In this document: piece after piece, positions 63,311-64,000 of the stretch
How positions within the stretch are numbered: the stretch's first letter is position 1
Layout of the letters: every line of letters begins with the position of its first letter
From: Eledone cirrhosa
Taxonomy: Eukaryota
Assembly (NCBI GenBank): GCA_964016885.1
Contig: OZ024759.1
Location: 12,090,001-12,154,000 of the forward strand
Direction: 5' to 3'
DNA: 64,000 bases
The notes under the pieces: generated by a model
Told to the model about the DNA's origin: nothing
The model's input: the letters and a program-made list of their open reading frames with translations, nothing else
The model's database searches: none
Translations under genes and position numbers: made by a program

Positions 63311-64000
63311 ATTTCTATATTAAATATTTATACTCAGCTTTGTATTGAGTACCTTACTTACTGTGGTTACCCCCGATTGAACCCGGGATAAACTCTACGA
63401 AGCAGAGTTTCCAAATTTCATTTGGAAACTCTGCTTCGTAGAATCGAGACATATTTGATGACCTTGCGATTTCAGAGTCAGGTTCGATCATCACATCGAT
63501 TGTGCCTCAAGCTAGTCGCCAGAGAAACGATTGTAATCATCATCATCATCATTTCATTTACGTCCGCTTTCTCCCTGCTTGCAAGGGTGGGACGGGAACT
63601 AATTCTGGCTTGATTTCTACAGCTGGATGCCCTTCCTAATACCAACCTCATTTACAGTGAGTGCTGGGTGCTTTTTTGCCGGGGCACCTCCACGACCACT
63701 TTGGAGTGGAATGATATGGACCCCAGTCCCTATCATCTCATTTCTACAGCTGAGTAATATGTCTAATAAATTGTAATATGTCTAATATATAGTGTCACGC
63801 AGTAATACAGAGTACCCGACCTCCTATGGGTACAAGCTGAAGCATATAGACAATATGCCCCCACCCCCTCCCACTGCAAAGTGGTCGTGGGGGTGCCACG
63901 GCAAAAAAGCACCCAGCACTCACTGTAAATGAGGTTAGTGTTAGGAAGGGCATCAAGCCAGAATCAGTTCCTGTATGAGCAAAGCATGGTCAGCTGACCA

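Overview
AT-rich, repeat-dense animal genomic DNA with spliceosomal GT-AG introns. The SINE/MITE repertoire looks like an octopod cephalopod, which is an inference. Four complete genes could be reconstructed by hand. Two are tandem two-exon paralogues of eIF3 subunit E (2900-9862 and 16947-23873, +). The others are ZNF593/Bud20 (30296-35576, +, 3 exons) and LSM11 (47603-57617, -, 4 exons). The first exon of a probable ciliary gene starts at 60696 behind an RFX X-box. The rest is tRNA-derived SINEs, RTE/CR1/Tx1/CRE retrotransposon fragments, TTAA-flanked, hAT and mariner MITEs, and about 15 tandem arrays. Main observations: (1) the eIF3e paralogues are about 45% identical over the first ~108 aa but 100% identical at nucleotide level over the last 330 coding nt, and both lack residues normally near-invariant in eIF3e; (2) several unrelated families of type I hammerhead-ribozyme-like motifs occur, mostly in inverted-repeat (Penelope-like terminus) contexts, some intronic and in sense orientation; (3) most satellites here are local amplifications of internal segments of dispersed transposons; (4) a nested templated insertion in the eIF3e-B intron has its donor and an empty MITE site inside this window. 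Most other ORF-track entries are repeat artefacts.
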